Under the pieces are notes generated by a model that was given only the letters and a program-made list of their open reading frames with translations, was not told where the DNA came from and did not search any database. 64,000 nt of DNA from a virus (Duplodnaviria > Caudoviricetes), in IMG/VR virus record IMGVR_UViG_3300006217_000013, positions 33,555 to 97,554 of that record; one strand, given 5' to 3'. The translations under genes were made by a program, and so were the position numbers. Below, piece after piece: positions 20,705 to 31,319 of this stretch; position 1 is the first letter of the stretch, and each line of letters begins with the position of its first letter.

Positions 20705-21520
20705 ATGAAATATGCATGGAAAAAGGTTAGACGAATTATTATTAATGACCTTGCCTCAAAGCAACATCGAGTTACTTTAAATGACTTAAAGAACTTCGCA
20801 ATTCAGGGTTCACAGGAGACAGTATACGCCGAGGGCGCTGATGGTGCTAAGCTTGCCGCTTTTGACGTTAATAAGGTTGCAAGTATTACTGCTGAAAATG
20901 GAGCTATTGATGAAGGTTATCTTGCATTACAGGTAGGCAGCGAGGTTGTAAAGGTTACAAATGGTTCAGCTATTCTCATTAGAGAAGAGTTTAGTGTCAA
21001 AGATGGAGATACCTCTGTAAATCTTACATATAAGAGTACAGGCGCAACAGGCAATGAAATTAGATTTATTTACAAGGCTGATGTTAACGGAAACCCCGGT
21101 GATACATATACCCAGAATTCGGCTGCTTCGGCTACAGAGTTTTCATATAACCCTGAGACTGGGGTTATTACACTTCCAACAAATGTTTTTAAAGCAGGCG
21201 ATACTGTAATTATTGACTATTATCCAAATTTCTCAGAGTATGAAGAAATTGTAAATGACGCTACCAAGTTTAGTATGTCAGGTGAAGTCATCGTTGACGC
21301 TTGGTTTACTGATTTGTGTACCCAAACGGATGTGCCGCTTCAGCTTTATTTACCAAAGGGTAAGATTTCTGGTGAAATAGACCTTTCTATGGGTGATCAA
21401 GCTGCTGTACAGAATGTATCTATTGAGGCAATGCAACAGTCATGCGGTACTGACAAGAATCTTTGGACTTTGAGAAAGTACGACATGGATAATGCAGAAA
21501 AATATACAACGGTAGAATAA
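20705..21520 (+). CDS. major tail (tube) protein
   Basis: SD AAGGAGG; beta-rich composition; synteny; followed by a terminator. Confidence 0.65.
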   Translation: MKYAWKKVRRIIINDLASKQHRVTLNDLKNFAIQGSQETVYAEGADGAKLAAFDVNKVASITAENGAIDEGYLALQVGSEVVKVTNGSAILIREEFSVKDGDTSVNLTYKSTGATGNEIRFIYKADVNGNPGDTYTQNSAASATEFSYNPETGVITLPTNVFKAGDTVIIDYYPNFSEYEEIVNDATKFSMSGEVIVDAWFTDLCTQTDVPLQLYLPKGKISGEIDLSMGDQAAVQNVSIEAMQQSCGTDKNLWTLRKYDMDNAEKYTTVE

Positions 21521-21543
21521 GTTTTATACGCACAGTAAAATTA

Positions 21544-21575
21544 GAGGAGCGGAGATTTGGTCTCTGCTCCTTTTT
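21544..21575 (+). terminator. intrinsic terminator
   Basis: GAGGAGCGGAGA/TCTCTGCTCCTT followed by a T run. Confidence 0.65.
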
Positions 21576-21589
21576 AATAAGGAGATTAT

Positions 21590-21868
21590 ATGAATAAACC
21601 AAATACCAAATGCAGAGTTTGTGGTAAAGAATATTTCTGTTGCGCAGATAGTCAAAGTATTGGCGGTTGGAAAAGTATGGCTTGTTCACAAGAATGTTTT
21701 AAAGAATATATGCGTCGTATAGAGGAAAGTCGTACAAAGAAAGAAACCACAAGCAAAGTAATACCATCTTCTAACAAGGGAGAAACCACAAATAAAACGG
21801 TTGATACTGCAACAAAGCAGACGTTTTCAAAACCACACACAAAAGAAACAGATAATTCAAAAGATTGA
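21590..21868 (+). CDS. small Cys-motif protein (CRVCG..YFCC..WK..ACS..C)
   Basis: ORF track; SD. Confidence 0.6.
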   Translation: MNKPNTKCRVCGKEYFCCADSQSIGGWKSMACSQECFKEYMRRIEESRTKKETTSKVIPSSNKGETTNKTVDTATKQTFSKPHTKETDNSKD

Positions 21869-21961
21869 TATATGAGTGAAACTATAAGGGATTATGAATT
21901 TACTCATATATTGTAAATTTATAATCCCATTTTTTTACGAAATAAGGAGTGAGTTTAGTAA

Positions 21962-22156
21962 TTGAAAATTATACAATTTGATAAAGAGTATTCAACTCAA
22001 TGGAGCACAGAATATGCGTTTCTAAAACAAAGAGGAATACCTTACACTTTCGTAAAAGTGGATGATAGAGGTATTACTACATGGAAGTATGCTAAAACAG
22101 CAGAATTATTCTCTGCTTTAAGCGATTTTTATGCACAAAGCAATGAGGCTAAATAA
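21962..22156 (+). CDS. small hypothetical protein
   Basis: ORF track; SD AAGGAGTGA. Confidence 0.6.
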   Translation: MKIIQFDKEYSTQWSTEYAFLKQRGIPYTFVKVDDRGITTWKYAKTAELFSALSDFYAQSNEAK

Positions 22157-22605
22157 TGAATAATAAATCAAAATTTAATGTAGATAAAGATATAAGCAAG
22201 CGCACATATAATGGCATAACCTTTGATTCTGTACTTGAAATGAAATACTATAGGGATGTTCTCTGCCCCAAAGTGGAAAGTGGCGATGTGGTTAATTATG
22301 AACTACAAAAACCATATGAGTTACAACCAAAGTTCATCCACGATGGAAAGAATGTTCAGCCTATTAAATATGTGGCTGATTTTTTTATTGTCTACAAAGA
22401 CGGACATGAAGAAGTGATAGATGCAAAAGGCTGTCCTGATAGCGTGGCTTTGATAAAGCGAAAATTATTTTGGTACCATTACCCTGATGTTGATTATAAG
22501 TGGGTAACTTATATCAAAAAATTTGGAGGATGGATAAATTATGATGAATATAAGCGTCTCAAGAGAGAAAAACAACGCAATAGAAAGAAAGGAAGCGATA
22601 AATAG
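22156..22605 (+). CDS. DUF1064-family PD-(D/E)XK endonuclease
   Basis: GITFDS..E..YY, LQPKF, YVADF, VIDAKG motifs. Confidence 0.8.
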   Translation: MNNKSKFNVDKDISKRTYNGITFDSVLEMKYYRDVLCPKVESGDVVNYELQKPYELQPKFIHDGKNVQPIKYVADFFIVYKDGHEEVIDAKGCPDSVALIKRKLFWYHYPDVDYKWVTYIKKFGGWINYDEYKRLKREKQRNRKKGSDK

Positions 22606-22919
22606 TGATAACTTTGCTCGAAAATAATCCCCAAACTGGATTTTGCAGATTTTTTATAGACAAAGAAGCTGATATTTTAGAACTCCCTACCCATTTGCAC
22701 GGAGGCATTAATAGCTATAAGAATGCTGTTTGTTCTTATGGCTCTATCGCCGAATGCCTCAGCGGAAAAACATATCGTTTGTCTGGCGAAGATGAATGGG
22801 TAGTTTATAAGGGATCATCAAGTTCAAGTGGTAGTGTTACTCCCCCATCAGGTGATTGTGAAGAAGATATTGAACCTATCACGGACGATGAAATCAATAG
22901 TTTATTTAAGAATAATTAG
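22605..22919 (+). CDS. hypothetical protein
   Basis: ORF track; C-terminal EPITDDEINSLF. Confidence 0.6.
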   Translation: MITLLENNPQTGFCRFFIDKEADILELPTHLHGGINSYKNAVCSYGSIAECLSGKTYRLSGEDEWVVYKGSSSSSGSVTPPSGDCEEDIEPITDDEINSLFKNN

Positions 22920-22933
22920 GAGGAATATAATTT

Positions 22934-23593
22934 ATGAACTTTACAAAAACAGGAAGTTATACATACAACGGAGAGACAAAAGAGTACCACTACTCCCCTA
23001 CCGCAACAATTTCTGAACAGATTGCATTTGTGGAAATGGTTTCTGATGGTGTTTTTATTGGAAACAGCTATTTACCCTTGCTGAAAAAGCCTGTTTTTGA
23101 CTACTGGCTTGTTGCGACTTTCACGGATATTGATATGAATGATTTTACTGATATTGACGCGTTTGACAAGTTCGATAAAGAAACGGGAATTGCAGCACAC
23201 GTTGAAGAGGAGTTTAGTCTTGAGTTATTCAAAAGTCTTACAGAGTCTGTAGATGCTAATATTGAGTACAAGAAAAGCATTGCACACGATAATATTTCAA
23301 CTGCTATAGTGGAACTTATAAATACTGTAAAAAACAAGTTAGAATCCTTTGGCGAGGGACTAGATTCTAATGCTGTAATGGAATTTATTCAGGAATTTAG
23401 CAAGTCAGGAATTGATGGTGAGAGCATAGTAAAGGCTTATCTTGATTCAGACCAATATAAAAAGAACGTAGCTGATGTTGTAGATGCCAAAAATGCTGAT
23501 ATAAGGGATTTGAAGCAAAAGTTGAATGATGTAACAGCGAAGAATGTTCTTGCTGACAAGGATGATAAGGTTGTTCCCATTAAGGGCGAGTAA
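22934..23593 (+). CDS. hypothetical protein (possible tail assembly chaperone)
   Basis: Helical and acidic; lies between tail tube and TMP genes. Confidence 0.45.
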   Translation: MNFTKTGSYTYNGETKEYHYSPTATISEQIAFVEMVSDGVFIGNSYLPLLKKPVFDYWLVATFTDIDMNDFTDIDAFDKFDKETGIAAHVEEEFSLELFKSLTESVDANIEYKKSIAHDNISTAIVELINTVKNKLESFGEGLDSNAVMEFIQEFSKSGIDGESIVKAYLDSDQYKKNVADVVDAKNADIRDLKQKLNDVTAKNVLADKDDKVVPIKGE

Positions 23594-23629
23594 TCTTTCA
23601 TAATAAATAAAAATTTTCATATAATATAG

Positions 23630-23658
23630 TTGATTTTGGAATTAAGGAGTGATATAAT
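23630..23658 (+). promoter_or_regulatory. sigma-A-type promoter of moron
   Basis: TTGATT-17-TATAAT with extended TG. Confidence 0.6.
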
Positions 23659-23705
23659 ATATGCGTAGCAAAGACAAGAATAATTCTTGGCATGGAGGTG
23701 TTAAT

Positions 23706-23873
23706 ATGAGTGAATTAACAATTAATCAATGTGTTAGCGATATGCAAATATATATTAAAAAACTCCGTAAAGAGGTAACAAAGAAAGATGCTATTGATAA
23801 TTTGATAAGAATTGGAGTTTTAGAAGAGGATGGAAAGACCATTACTGAACACCAAAGAATTGAGGAATCATAA
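23706..23873 (+). CDS. small protein, putative antitoxin
   Basis: SD GGAGGTG; stop overlaps start of next gene (TAATG). Confidence 0.5.
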   Translation: MSELTINQCVSDMQIYIKKLRKEVTKKDAIDNLIRIGVLEEDGKTITEHQRIEES

Positions 23874-24496
23874 TGTATTCAAAATTACCAAATCTAACAA
23901 TAGGCTTTCATGGATGTGATATCTCAACGTATGAACGTATTTTATATCAAAATAAGCCTTTAAGGGCAAGTACAAATCCATATGACTGGCTTGGACACGG
24001 TATTTATTTTTGGGAAAATAATTATCAAAGGGCTTTAAAATGGGCTGAAGAACAAGTAAAACGAGGTAAATACACTACACCTAAAGTAATTGGTGCTGTT
24101 ATTGATTTAGGGCATTGTTTAAATCTAACGGATAGCGCATTTATACCGCTTGTAAGACAAGCATATGAAATTACTCAGATTTATTTTGAAAGTGTTGGAG
24201 ACATACTTCCTAAAAATAAAGGTGGTTCTGATTTACTTGTGAGAGATTTGGATTGTGCTGTAATTGAGCAATTACATACATATATAGAAACGGTTAATTA
24301 TCTTAATAGAGCTGATGATAAGCCTATTATAAATCCTTTCGATTCTGTTCGTGGGGTTTTCATTGAAGGTAAAGAAGTGTATCCTACCTCTGGTTTTAGA
24401 GAAAAGACCCATGTCCAGATATGTGTTCGCAATCCAAATTGTATCAAAGGATATTTTAATCCTATTGAAGAAAATAAATGTTATCCAATGCCATAA
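23873..24496 (+). CDS. ADP-ribosyltransferase-fold protein (putative toxin)
   Basis: GFHG, WLGHGIYFWE and QICVRN motifs follow the H-Y-(E/Q) ART layout. Confidence 0.6.
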   Translation: MYSKLPNLTIGFHGCDISTYERILYQNKPLRASTNPYDWLGHGIYFWENNYQRALKWAEEQVKRGKYTTPKVIGAVIDLGHCLNLTDSAFIPLVRQAYEITQIYFESVGDILPKNKGGSDLLVRDLDCAVIEQLHTYIETVNYLNRADDKPIINPFDSVRGVFIEGKEVYPTSGFREKTHVQICVRNPNCIKGYFNPIEENKCYPMP

Positions 24497-24520
24497 TAAA
24501 TGATGGTATGATAATTTTAG

Positions 24521-24551
24521 AAGAACAGTTTTATGGCTGTTCTTTTTTTTT
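24521..24551 (+). terminator. intrinsic terminator
   Basis: AAGAACAG/CTGTTCTT followed by a T run. Confidence 0.65.
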
Positions 24552-25061
24552 GTGCAAAATTTGAAAGGAATAATTATGGTGACTGTAATCAAAAGCGCAA
24601 GTCAATTACAAAAAGTTCTTGAAACTAAGGCACATCAAGCTATTATGCTATCTCAGGCTGAGATATATGAGGTTATTCAGAAACACATGGAAAACTACTA
24701 TAATGAAGCAGTCTTTAAGAATGGTTCAGCAGAACCTTCTTTCTACTCTCGTACATATCGCTTCTTAAACAGCTTAATACAGACAAATATTATTGTTGAG
24801 AACGGATTGGTATCTTGTGGTGTTCAGATTGATGATAATTATTTGAAATACCAATACTCTGGGAATCCCTCTTGGGACGGTAATCAAACTGCTACTGGCG
24901 CAGATGTTATTAGCTGGGCAAATGAAGGTCTGCACGGTGGAACTATAGGAGGTGGCGAACCACTGTGGGATAACGCTATACAGGAACTCGGTGGTAAATC
25001 AGGTATTATGAGAATTATTGAAAAAAATTTAAAAAAAGTTGGATTACCGCTGGCTAAATAA
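24552..25061 (+). CDS. tail-region protein upstream of TMP
   Basis: Synteny; YSRTYRFLNS and NEGLHG motifs. Confidence 0.55.
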   Translation: MQNLKGIIMVTVIKSASQLQKVLETKAHQAIMLSQAEIYEVIQKHMENYYNEAVFKNGSAEPSFYSRTYRFLNSLIQTNIIVENGLVSCGVQIDDNYLKYQYSGNPSWDGNQTATGADVISWANEGLHGGTIGGGEPLWDNAIQELGGKSGIMRIIEKNLKKVGLPLAK

Positions 25062-25096
25062 AACAGCAATTTTAAACAATTAAATATATAAACACT

Positions 25097-25117
25097 GCTC
25101 CTTCGTGGAGCTTTTTT
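25097..25117 (+). terminator. terminator-like hairpin directly before TMP
   Basis: GCTCC-TTCGT-GGAGC followed by T6. Confidence 0.55.
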
Positions 25118-25138
25118 ATTACACGAAAGGAGGAATTT

Positions 25139-27013
25139 ATGAGTGATACTTCTGATGCGTTCAGAATAAGTTTAGGTGTTCAAATTGACACGAATAATAT
25201 AATAACCCAAATACAAAACATGAAACCGCCTAAGATTACGCTTGATATTGATGATAAAGATTTAAAAACAAAGATACAGAATGCTGTCAACGAGGCTTAT
25301 AAAGGTGCTGGTGGTAAAATACCCCTGCCCGTCATACCCGCCCCATCGGGCAGTGGCGGTTCTGCCAAACCGCCTAAAATAGAAGATTTCTACCCAAAAG
25401 GATATGCAGAAAAACTGGCTCGAATAGAAGCTGGTTTTCGGACTATGGGCAAAAGTGCTTCAGACGCAAGTAATGATTTCAAGCAGGCTCAAGCTACATA
25501 TAAAGCCTTTGAGGATGCTGTTAATAGTGGTAATATCGAAAAAGCAGCAAACTTACAGACTTTATTACAAAAGCAAGTACGAGGTGCAAGTTCTGACTTA
25601 TCTATTGCCAGAAATGAGGCAAGGGGATATGAAAAGGAATTAGACGCTATTGGTCGCCGAAAATTGGGTAATTATCTTCAAAAGTGGTTAGATACTAATA
25701 CTGCTGCCACCAAAGAAGCTCGTATGGAAGTCCAAGGGTATATCAATGATATTAACAATGGGCTTATAACTACTCAATCGCAAGAAAAGTCTATTAGGTC
25801 TCAAATGGGTACCATTGAGAATACTCAAAGAGCTATGGGCAGATTAGGCAGTTCTCCATTGGTGGCTCTGAAAGCAGGAATGTCTAAATTTACAAGTTGG
25901 ATAAGTGCTTCTGGGGCAGTAATGCAAGCTATAAACGAAGTTAGAAATGGCATTAACACTATCAAAGAACTTGATGACGGACTGACGAATATTAATTATA
26001 CAATGGAAGTTAGTTCTAAGCAACTTAAAGACATTGGAAATTCAGCGGTCAAAGCATCGAAAGATTTACATACTTCTGTATCTACTGTAATGGACGCAGT
26101 AAAAACCTATGCTAATGCTAATGAAACAGCAGAAACTATTATTGAAAAATCAAAGCCTACCATTATGATGAGTAATGTATCAGGCATGGGTGTCGAAAAT
26201 ACTGTTGATATCTTACAAGGTACAATGGAACAATTTGACCTTGCAGAAGATAAATTAATGCATATATCTGATGTAATGCAGACCGTAAGTGCTTCTATGC
26301 CCTATGACTTTGCAAAAGGTATAAGAGAGTTGTCAGAGGGCATTCAAGCATCGGGTAGCGTTGCAAAAGATTCTGGATATGATTTAGAGAATTATACTGC
26401 CTTACTTGGCACTCTCATCTCTAAAACCCGTCAAAGCGGCTCTGAACTCGGTCGTTCATTAAGAACGATGTTTGTCAGAACCACAAAAGCTTCATCATCC
26501 GCTTTAGCTAGTGGTGAAGTTACCGAGGATGATTTGTCCAATGCTGAGGCAGCTCTTGGCAGAGTCGGCATTCAGGTACGCTCTGATTTAGAGACCTTCC
26601 GCAGTTTTGATGAAATAATGGGCGACCTTTACGACAAGGTTGATTCATTATCAGAAGTAGACCTAAGCAACATCGCATATGAGGTTGCCAGCACAAGACA
26701 AACAAATGTCTTTAAGATGATGATCAAGGCGTATGGCGAATATCAAGGCATGGCTGAAAAGGCTACTAAGGCCGATGGTATTACCTTAGCTAATCAAGAA
26801 AAGTATGCCAAAAGCGTAAAAGGACATTTAGGTGAACTAAAAGCCACGGGTGAATCAATTTGGAACAATGTCCTTAATTCAAGTGAATTAAAAGCAGGGG
26901 TAGATACCCTTACTGTTATTCTTAAGTTGTTAGACGGAATAACAGGTAAACTTCATGGATTGGGCACCGTAGGTCTTGGACTGGGTGCAATTCTTGGGGC
27001 AAAAAACGCTGGT
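25139..27013 (+). CDS. tape measure protein, exon 1 (625 codons; TP901-type tape-measure domain)
   Basis: IKELDD..TRQSGSELGRSLRTMF..GIQVR..FRSFDEIM..RQTNVF pattern; ends at GAKNAG at the predicted U.G splice site; unspliced ORF stops at 27133. Confidence 0.85.
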
Positions 27014-27550
27014 GGAGCAAAAATGTCAGCTCCCAATAATAATTGTTTTAAAATGCCAGCAACAATATGTGTTCTCTGGGACACCAGAGTTTTCATATTG
27101 TCAGACGTGAAATACACGTTGGTAAATAAATAACAGGGACAATATGCGGGAATGAAGTACAACGATTGCGTAATGGCAATGTATCACTACTCTCCTACTT
27201 ATGGTGACATTTGTAGGTTCGTAACAACGTGACGCTCGACAAATCCGCAGGGATAGATCTTATTTATAAGATAAGCCCTCACTGTAGCGACAACTCCCAC
27301 AGCAAATTATATGAAACGATGTTTGCTGAATATGCGCTCGGGACTCCTGATATAACAGGGTATCTGTGAAAGGATACGTAAATATACAAATCTTATCTTG
27401 CATATTGTGAAACTCTCATTGCCGGAGTTTATGATAAGAAGATAATAACTTTGCGGCCATTTATTATACAGTGAGAGATATAATAAGTGGCTTTCAACAA
27501 GAAAATTGAATAACATACGGTTGTCTACTTGCCGTATTGTGAAAAGTAGA
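27014..27550 (+). ncRNA. group I intron ribozyme core
   Basis: P2 27062-27101 with GACA tetraloop; P4 UGCGGG(27145-50)/UCCGCA(27244-49) within P/Q motifs AUGCGGGAA and AAUCCGCAG; P5abc-like stems; P6 hairpin; P7 candidate GACAAC(27289-94)/GUUGUC(27520-25) with bulged C27288; P3 not resolved by eye. Confidence 0.78.
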
Positions 27551-27558
27551 AAAATATT

Positions 27559-28397
27559 TTACACATATAGAACAATACCTGTATTGCTATCCTTAATGTA
27601 TAGTCCCCTTAAAACAAATATATTAAGAAGCAATTTACCAAAGTGAATATATGTATTTTCTGTGTATTGAGGCGAATTATAATAATTATTTGCAAATTCA
27701 GATATTGGTGAAATATATTGCTTATATAGGTCATTATTGTATAATTGTTTTACAATATCGCATTCTAAAGGCTCATTTTCATGTAATAAGGCACACAGAG
27801 CCATAAAATCATAAATAGTGCTTTGTAAACTTTTAAATATATCATGAAAACCATTTGTTATGGTGTTTTGGTCTTTTAGTAATACCATTTGTCTTCTAAT
27901 AGAGATTGTTTCTGATAGAAGTCTAAGCATCTCAATGATTATATCACTACCATTTTCTCATTGATTAATTGGTATTTGTGATACTTATGTGCATTTCTAA
28001 AAGCCATATATTCATCTATCATTGAAAAGCCAAAAGCATATGTATAATCAGCTATCGTTTGGGGATTATGAGCAAGTTGGTTGATATGGTTTTAATCAAT
28101 TTGCTGAGATACTGTCTCAAAGTGCTGTATATGATATATTTCATGGGCGATTGTATTGATTTGATTATCTTTTGTCGTACCTATAAGCCTATCTGTAATA
28201 GAGATTTGAGATATTGGTTGATTATTTACACAAGAACAATCAACCCACGCATATTCTTTAGTTTCTCTTGACTCAAAATTTAGGCTATTAATTGAGATGA
28301 TGCCAATATCTGTAATAATGTTTTTAATTATGTTAATGAACTCATCAGGAATAGTCTGATTTGTCTTATTTATGATTTTCATATGTTTATACCTCAC
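27559..28397 (-). pseudogene. HEXXH metallopeptidase-like gene, disrupted
   Basis: IAHEIYHIQH; after the in-frame TAA at 28092 the frame continues DYTYAFGFSMIDEYMAF (cf. DLYFSFGLTYLDEYLAF in 33988-34851); a frameshift then links to ORF 27559-27930. Confidence 0.6.
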
Positions 28398-28409
28398 TTT
28401 TAGAAAGGA

Positions 28410-28682
28410 TTGATGATTCTGAATAATCTAAATACTTCATTACGAGAACAGAAAGATTTTATATTAAGTCATATATTATACGATTTATATTGTTGCCGCA
28501 ACCATATTATTACACTTAGACGTCATCCTCTACATATGGAGTTCTTTAGAGTATTTCCGGATGATTGTGAGTGTTCTGAGTTTGTACAAATTTTTAATTT
28601 ACATATGCTTGAACTAATGCAAAAATATGATTATGAAAATGCTGTTGGTATTCTTATAGAAGAATTAGAGAATATTGGTTAA
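28410..28682 (+). CDS. hypothetical protein
   Basis: ORF track; SD AGAAAGGA. Confidence 0.4.
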   Translation: MMILNNLNTSLREQKDFILSHILYDLYCCRNHIITLRRHPLHMEFFRVFPDDCECSEFVQIFNLHMLELMQKYDYENAVGILIEELENIG

Positions 28683-28732
28683 GTATATTATAACAGATTG
28701 AATAAAGTTTGACAAGAAAGTGAATATTTATA

Positions 28733-28963
28733 TTGTATAGTACAGCAGGAAAATGCAATGCTAAACAAACATATACAACTTATGGAATTGGATTAATCCG
28801 TTTCACTGAAGACAATTACATCTATATATCGAATGCTCTTTCCGATATTAGTGTTGACAAACTACAAATTGCAAATCTTACAAATTTATTAAATGAAAAT
28901 AATGTATCTCCTATTCATTTAAAAGATATAGTTGAAGATTTTTTAATAACAGAAAAGCAATAA
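28733..28963 (+). CDS. DUF6514-like small protein (start uncertain)
   Basis: YGI...DISVD...L..N.VSPIHLKDIVEDFL pattern. Confidence 0.55.
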   Translation: MYSTAGKCNAKQTYTTYGIGLIRFTEDNYIYISNALSDISVDKLQIANLTNLLNENNVSPIHLKDIVEDFLITEKQ

Positions 28964-28978
28964 GATAATATTTGGCTA

Positions 28979-29005
28979 TCTACTTACCATATTATGAAAA
29001 GTAGA
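28979..29005 (+). repeat. second copy of the 27-nt element at the 3' edge of the ribozyme core (27524-27550)
   Basis: TCTACTTACCATATTATGAAAAGTAGA vs TCTACTTGCCGTATTGTGAAAAGTAGA; 24/27 identical. Confidence 0.75.
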
Positions 29006-29239
29006 CTTTTAATATTTCCGTAATAAAATTGTTAGAGAAATTTAATGTAAAAAGTATTGTATTGTGGTATAGTAAATATATAAAGGAATATTGATGGTAT
29101 GTATGAAAATTACTAAACATTCTTTTCCTCTGCAATCATCTCATAACTATCGTATATTTTTTTGTATGCTATGAAGTGAGATATGCACTAAAACCACAAA
29201 TTATTCATATTATATAAGCAAAAATAGGAGGCGGTAGTT

Positions 29240-29671
29240 GTGTGTAAAATAGTTCATGTTGCGGTACAAATTGTGAACGATTGTATTGATAGAAATATTC
29301 CTATTAACTATTTAAAAGTTCAAAAATTAGCTTATCTTTGTCAATCATTTCATTTACAGAAATATGGTGTTCCCCTTGCTCCTGAAGATACTTTAAACTG
29401 GTCTTGCGGGGCAAGTTATAAGGAAATATATGCATTTTTTAAATTAAATGATTTATTAGAAGATAGTTTAACAGAACATATTGATAAAAATGTTGATTTA
29501 TTATCGTTCGAGAGAGAAACCATTAATTACATTATTAATACCTATGCTTTACGATCATTTGAAGAATTACGAGATTTTACAAAGATAGATACGCTATTTT
29601 CTTCTGACAATATAGGTGAAATAATATCTACATCATCAATTAAAGAACATTTTCAAAATCATCCATTATAA
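29240..29671 (+). CDS. Panacea (DUF4065/SocA-like) antitoxin-domain protein
   Basis: INYLKVQKLAYLCQ...LAPE...WSCG pattern. Confidence 0.7.
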   Translation: MCKIVHVAVQIVNDCIDRNIPINYLKVQKLAYLCQSFHLQKYGVPLAPEDTLNWSCGASYKEIYAFFKLNDLLEDSLTEHIDKNVDLLSFERETINYIINTYALRSFEELRDFTKIDTLFSSDNIGEIISTSSIKEHFQNHPL

Positions 29672-29680
29672 ATTTAGGAT

Positions 29681-30799
29681 ATGACAACAATGAATACAAA
29701 AGAAATTTTTGAGAGATTATATAATATAGAATTTAAATCAGATTTAACTCCGTCTATCATTAGAAATTATATTTCTCATCTTAATGGGAATGATATAAAA
29801 CAACTTCTTTCTGTAGTTTCTAATGATGGGGACAAACAATATGTTTTGGAAGATAATATGCGTAGAGCATTATCTTCCAAAAATATCAAACCGGACACTA
29901 AACATAAAATTGTGAATATATTGTCGTATTTAGATAATATATCGCAAATAGTGCCTGAAGAGGAATTTGATACAGGCATCCAAAATAAAAAGGCTATTGA
30001 AGATTGGGATTCTAGATTTGCAGTTATGGGAGCAATGATAGAAGATAATATAAAGATAACTGAAGAAATGCACAACAATCTTGAAGCTAAATATAACAAT
30101 ATAGATAAAAAGTTTCTCTTTACTGAAAATCAATATAAATCTATTGACAAAAAAGTATTTGATGTCCAAAATTCATTAAACGATGCAAAAAAAGATTTAC
30201 AAAAAGCAGCCAATCAGACTGGAAATGTTATAAATCAATCTATTACTATTTTAGGTATATTTGTTGCAATTATCGCTGTTTTCTTAGGCGGATTTGCTGG
30301 TATCACGATGTTAGACAAAATTAGCACCTTTAATACATATAAATTTTATCTAAGCATTGTGGTTGTCGGACATATAATGATTAATTTGATTTTTATGTTC
30401 ATTTATATGTTGTCGCGAATAATAGACAAAAGTGTGTCTGTTAATTGTAATAATTATGTCAAAGGTAAAATCTCCATTAATAATGACCTTGCAAAAGACA
30501 CTTGCCAAACGTGTTGTTTAAATAACTCTGTCTCGTGTCGGGCATATAATAAGCACTATCAAACGAATTATTCCACCTGTTCACTATTCAAGCGGTTGAA
30601 ATATAAATATCCATATATGTATTTTATAAATATAGTTGGATTTTTAGCAGAAATAGGATTATGCATTGGTTGGTTATTCGACGATATAATTATGTGCATC
30701 AAAAACGCAATGACACAGAATATTCAAGGGACGATATTTGTTAGTGCTTTAATTTCTTTATTCATAATTACCCTTGTTTTAGGATATAAGGATAGATGA
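29681..30799 (+). CDS. coiled-coil plus multi-pass membrane protein, cotranscribed with Panacea gene
   Basis: ITILGIFVAIIAVF helix and further hydrophobic segments. Confidence 0.65.
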   Translation: MTTMNTKEIFERLYNIEFKSDLTPSIIRNYISHLNGNDIKQLLSVVSNDGDKQYVLEDNMRRALSSKNIKPDTKHKIVNILSYLDNISQIVPEEEFDTGIQNKKAIEDWDSRFAVMGAMIEDNIKITEEMHNNLEAKYNNIDKKFLFTENQYKSIDKKVFDVQNSLNDAKKDLQKAANQTGNVINQSITILGIFVAIIAVFLGGFAGITMLDKISTFNTYKFYLSIVVVGHIMINLIFMFIYMLSRIIDKSVSVNCNNYVKGKISINNDLAKDTCQTCCLNNSVSCRAYNKHYQTNYSTCSLFKRLKYKYPYMYFINIVGFLAEIGLCIGWLFDDIIMCIKNAMTQNIQGTIFVSALISLFIITLVLGYKDR

Positions 30800-30861
30800 A
30801 TAAGTATTTTTATATAAAACAGATAGAAAACATTGTGGTAAAATAAAATAACTAAAGAGAC

Positions 30862-31170
30862 TTAGGAAAGTCTCTTTTTTATATGCGATAATACAGAAAG
30901 GATATGATTTTTTTGAATGAAACTATATTTGATAGGATAACATTGGAACAACTTGAAAAAATGGATACGAAAAGTACAATGATAACCACTAATAATGTTG
31001 CCCACGCTAACGTAATTGGACTGTTTTGGCTTGCAGTTTAATGTGTGCCTTTTCCGTTTCACTTGTATAAAAAATATAGTCGCGCCTATACCTGATATTA
31101 TTGTGATAATTCCACTTATTATAGAAATTATATCTTGATTGTCACATATAAATTGTATGATTCCTTGCAT
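30862..31170 (-). CDS. small membrane protein (possibly truncated)
   Basis: N-terminal TM segment; SD AAGGTGG. Confidence 0.4.
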   Translation of the reverse strand: MQGIIQFICDNQDIISIISGIITIISGIGATIFFIQVKRKRHTLNCKPKQSNYVSVGNIISGYHCTFRIHFFKLFQCYPIKYSFIQKNHILSVLSHIKKRLS

Positions 31171-31319
31171 GAAACCACCTTACCTTTAGTAATACTTTAT
31201 CTTATTATACCACATCTCCCCTATCTCGTCAATTATTGACTTGAGAACAGACAAAAAGAGCCATTCCATATAGGAACAGTTCTTCCCTGTTCTACGCTAC
31301 CCTATCTTCATTCAACAAA

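Noticed and set aside
21590-25061. Programmed -1 frameshift tail chaperone pair
   Set aside because: No overlapping ORF pair with a clear slippery heptamer could be identified.
27014-27133. Last 39 codons of ORF 25139-27133 as genuine TMP sequence
   Set aside because: They coincide with intron helices P1-P2 and look like read-through into structured RNA.
27014-27550. Group II intron, IStron or retroelement
   Set aside because: No GUGYG 5' end, no domain V, and no RT, TnpA or TnpB ORF.
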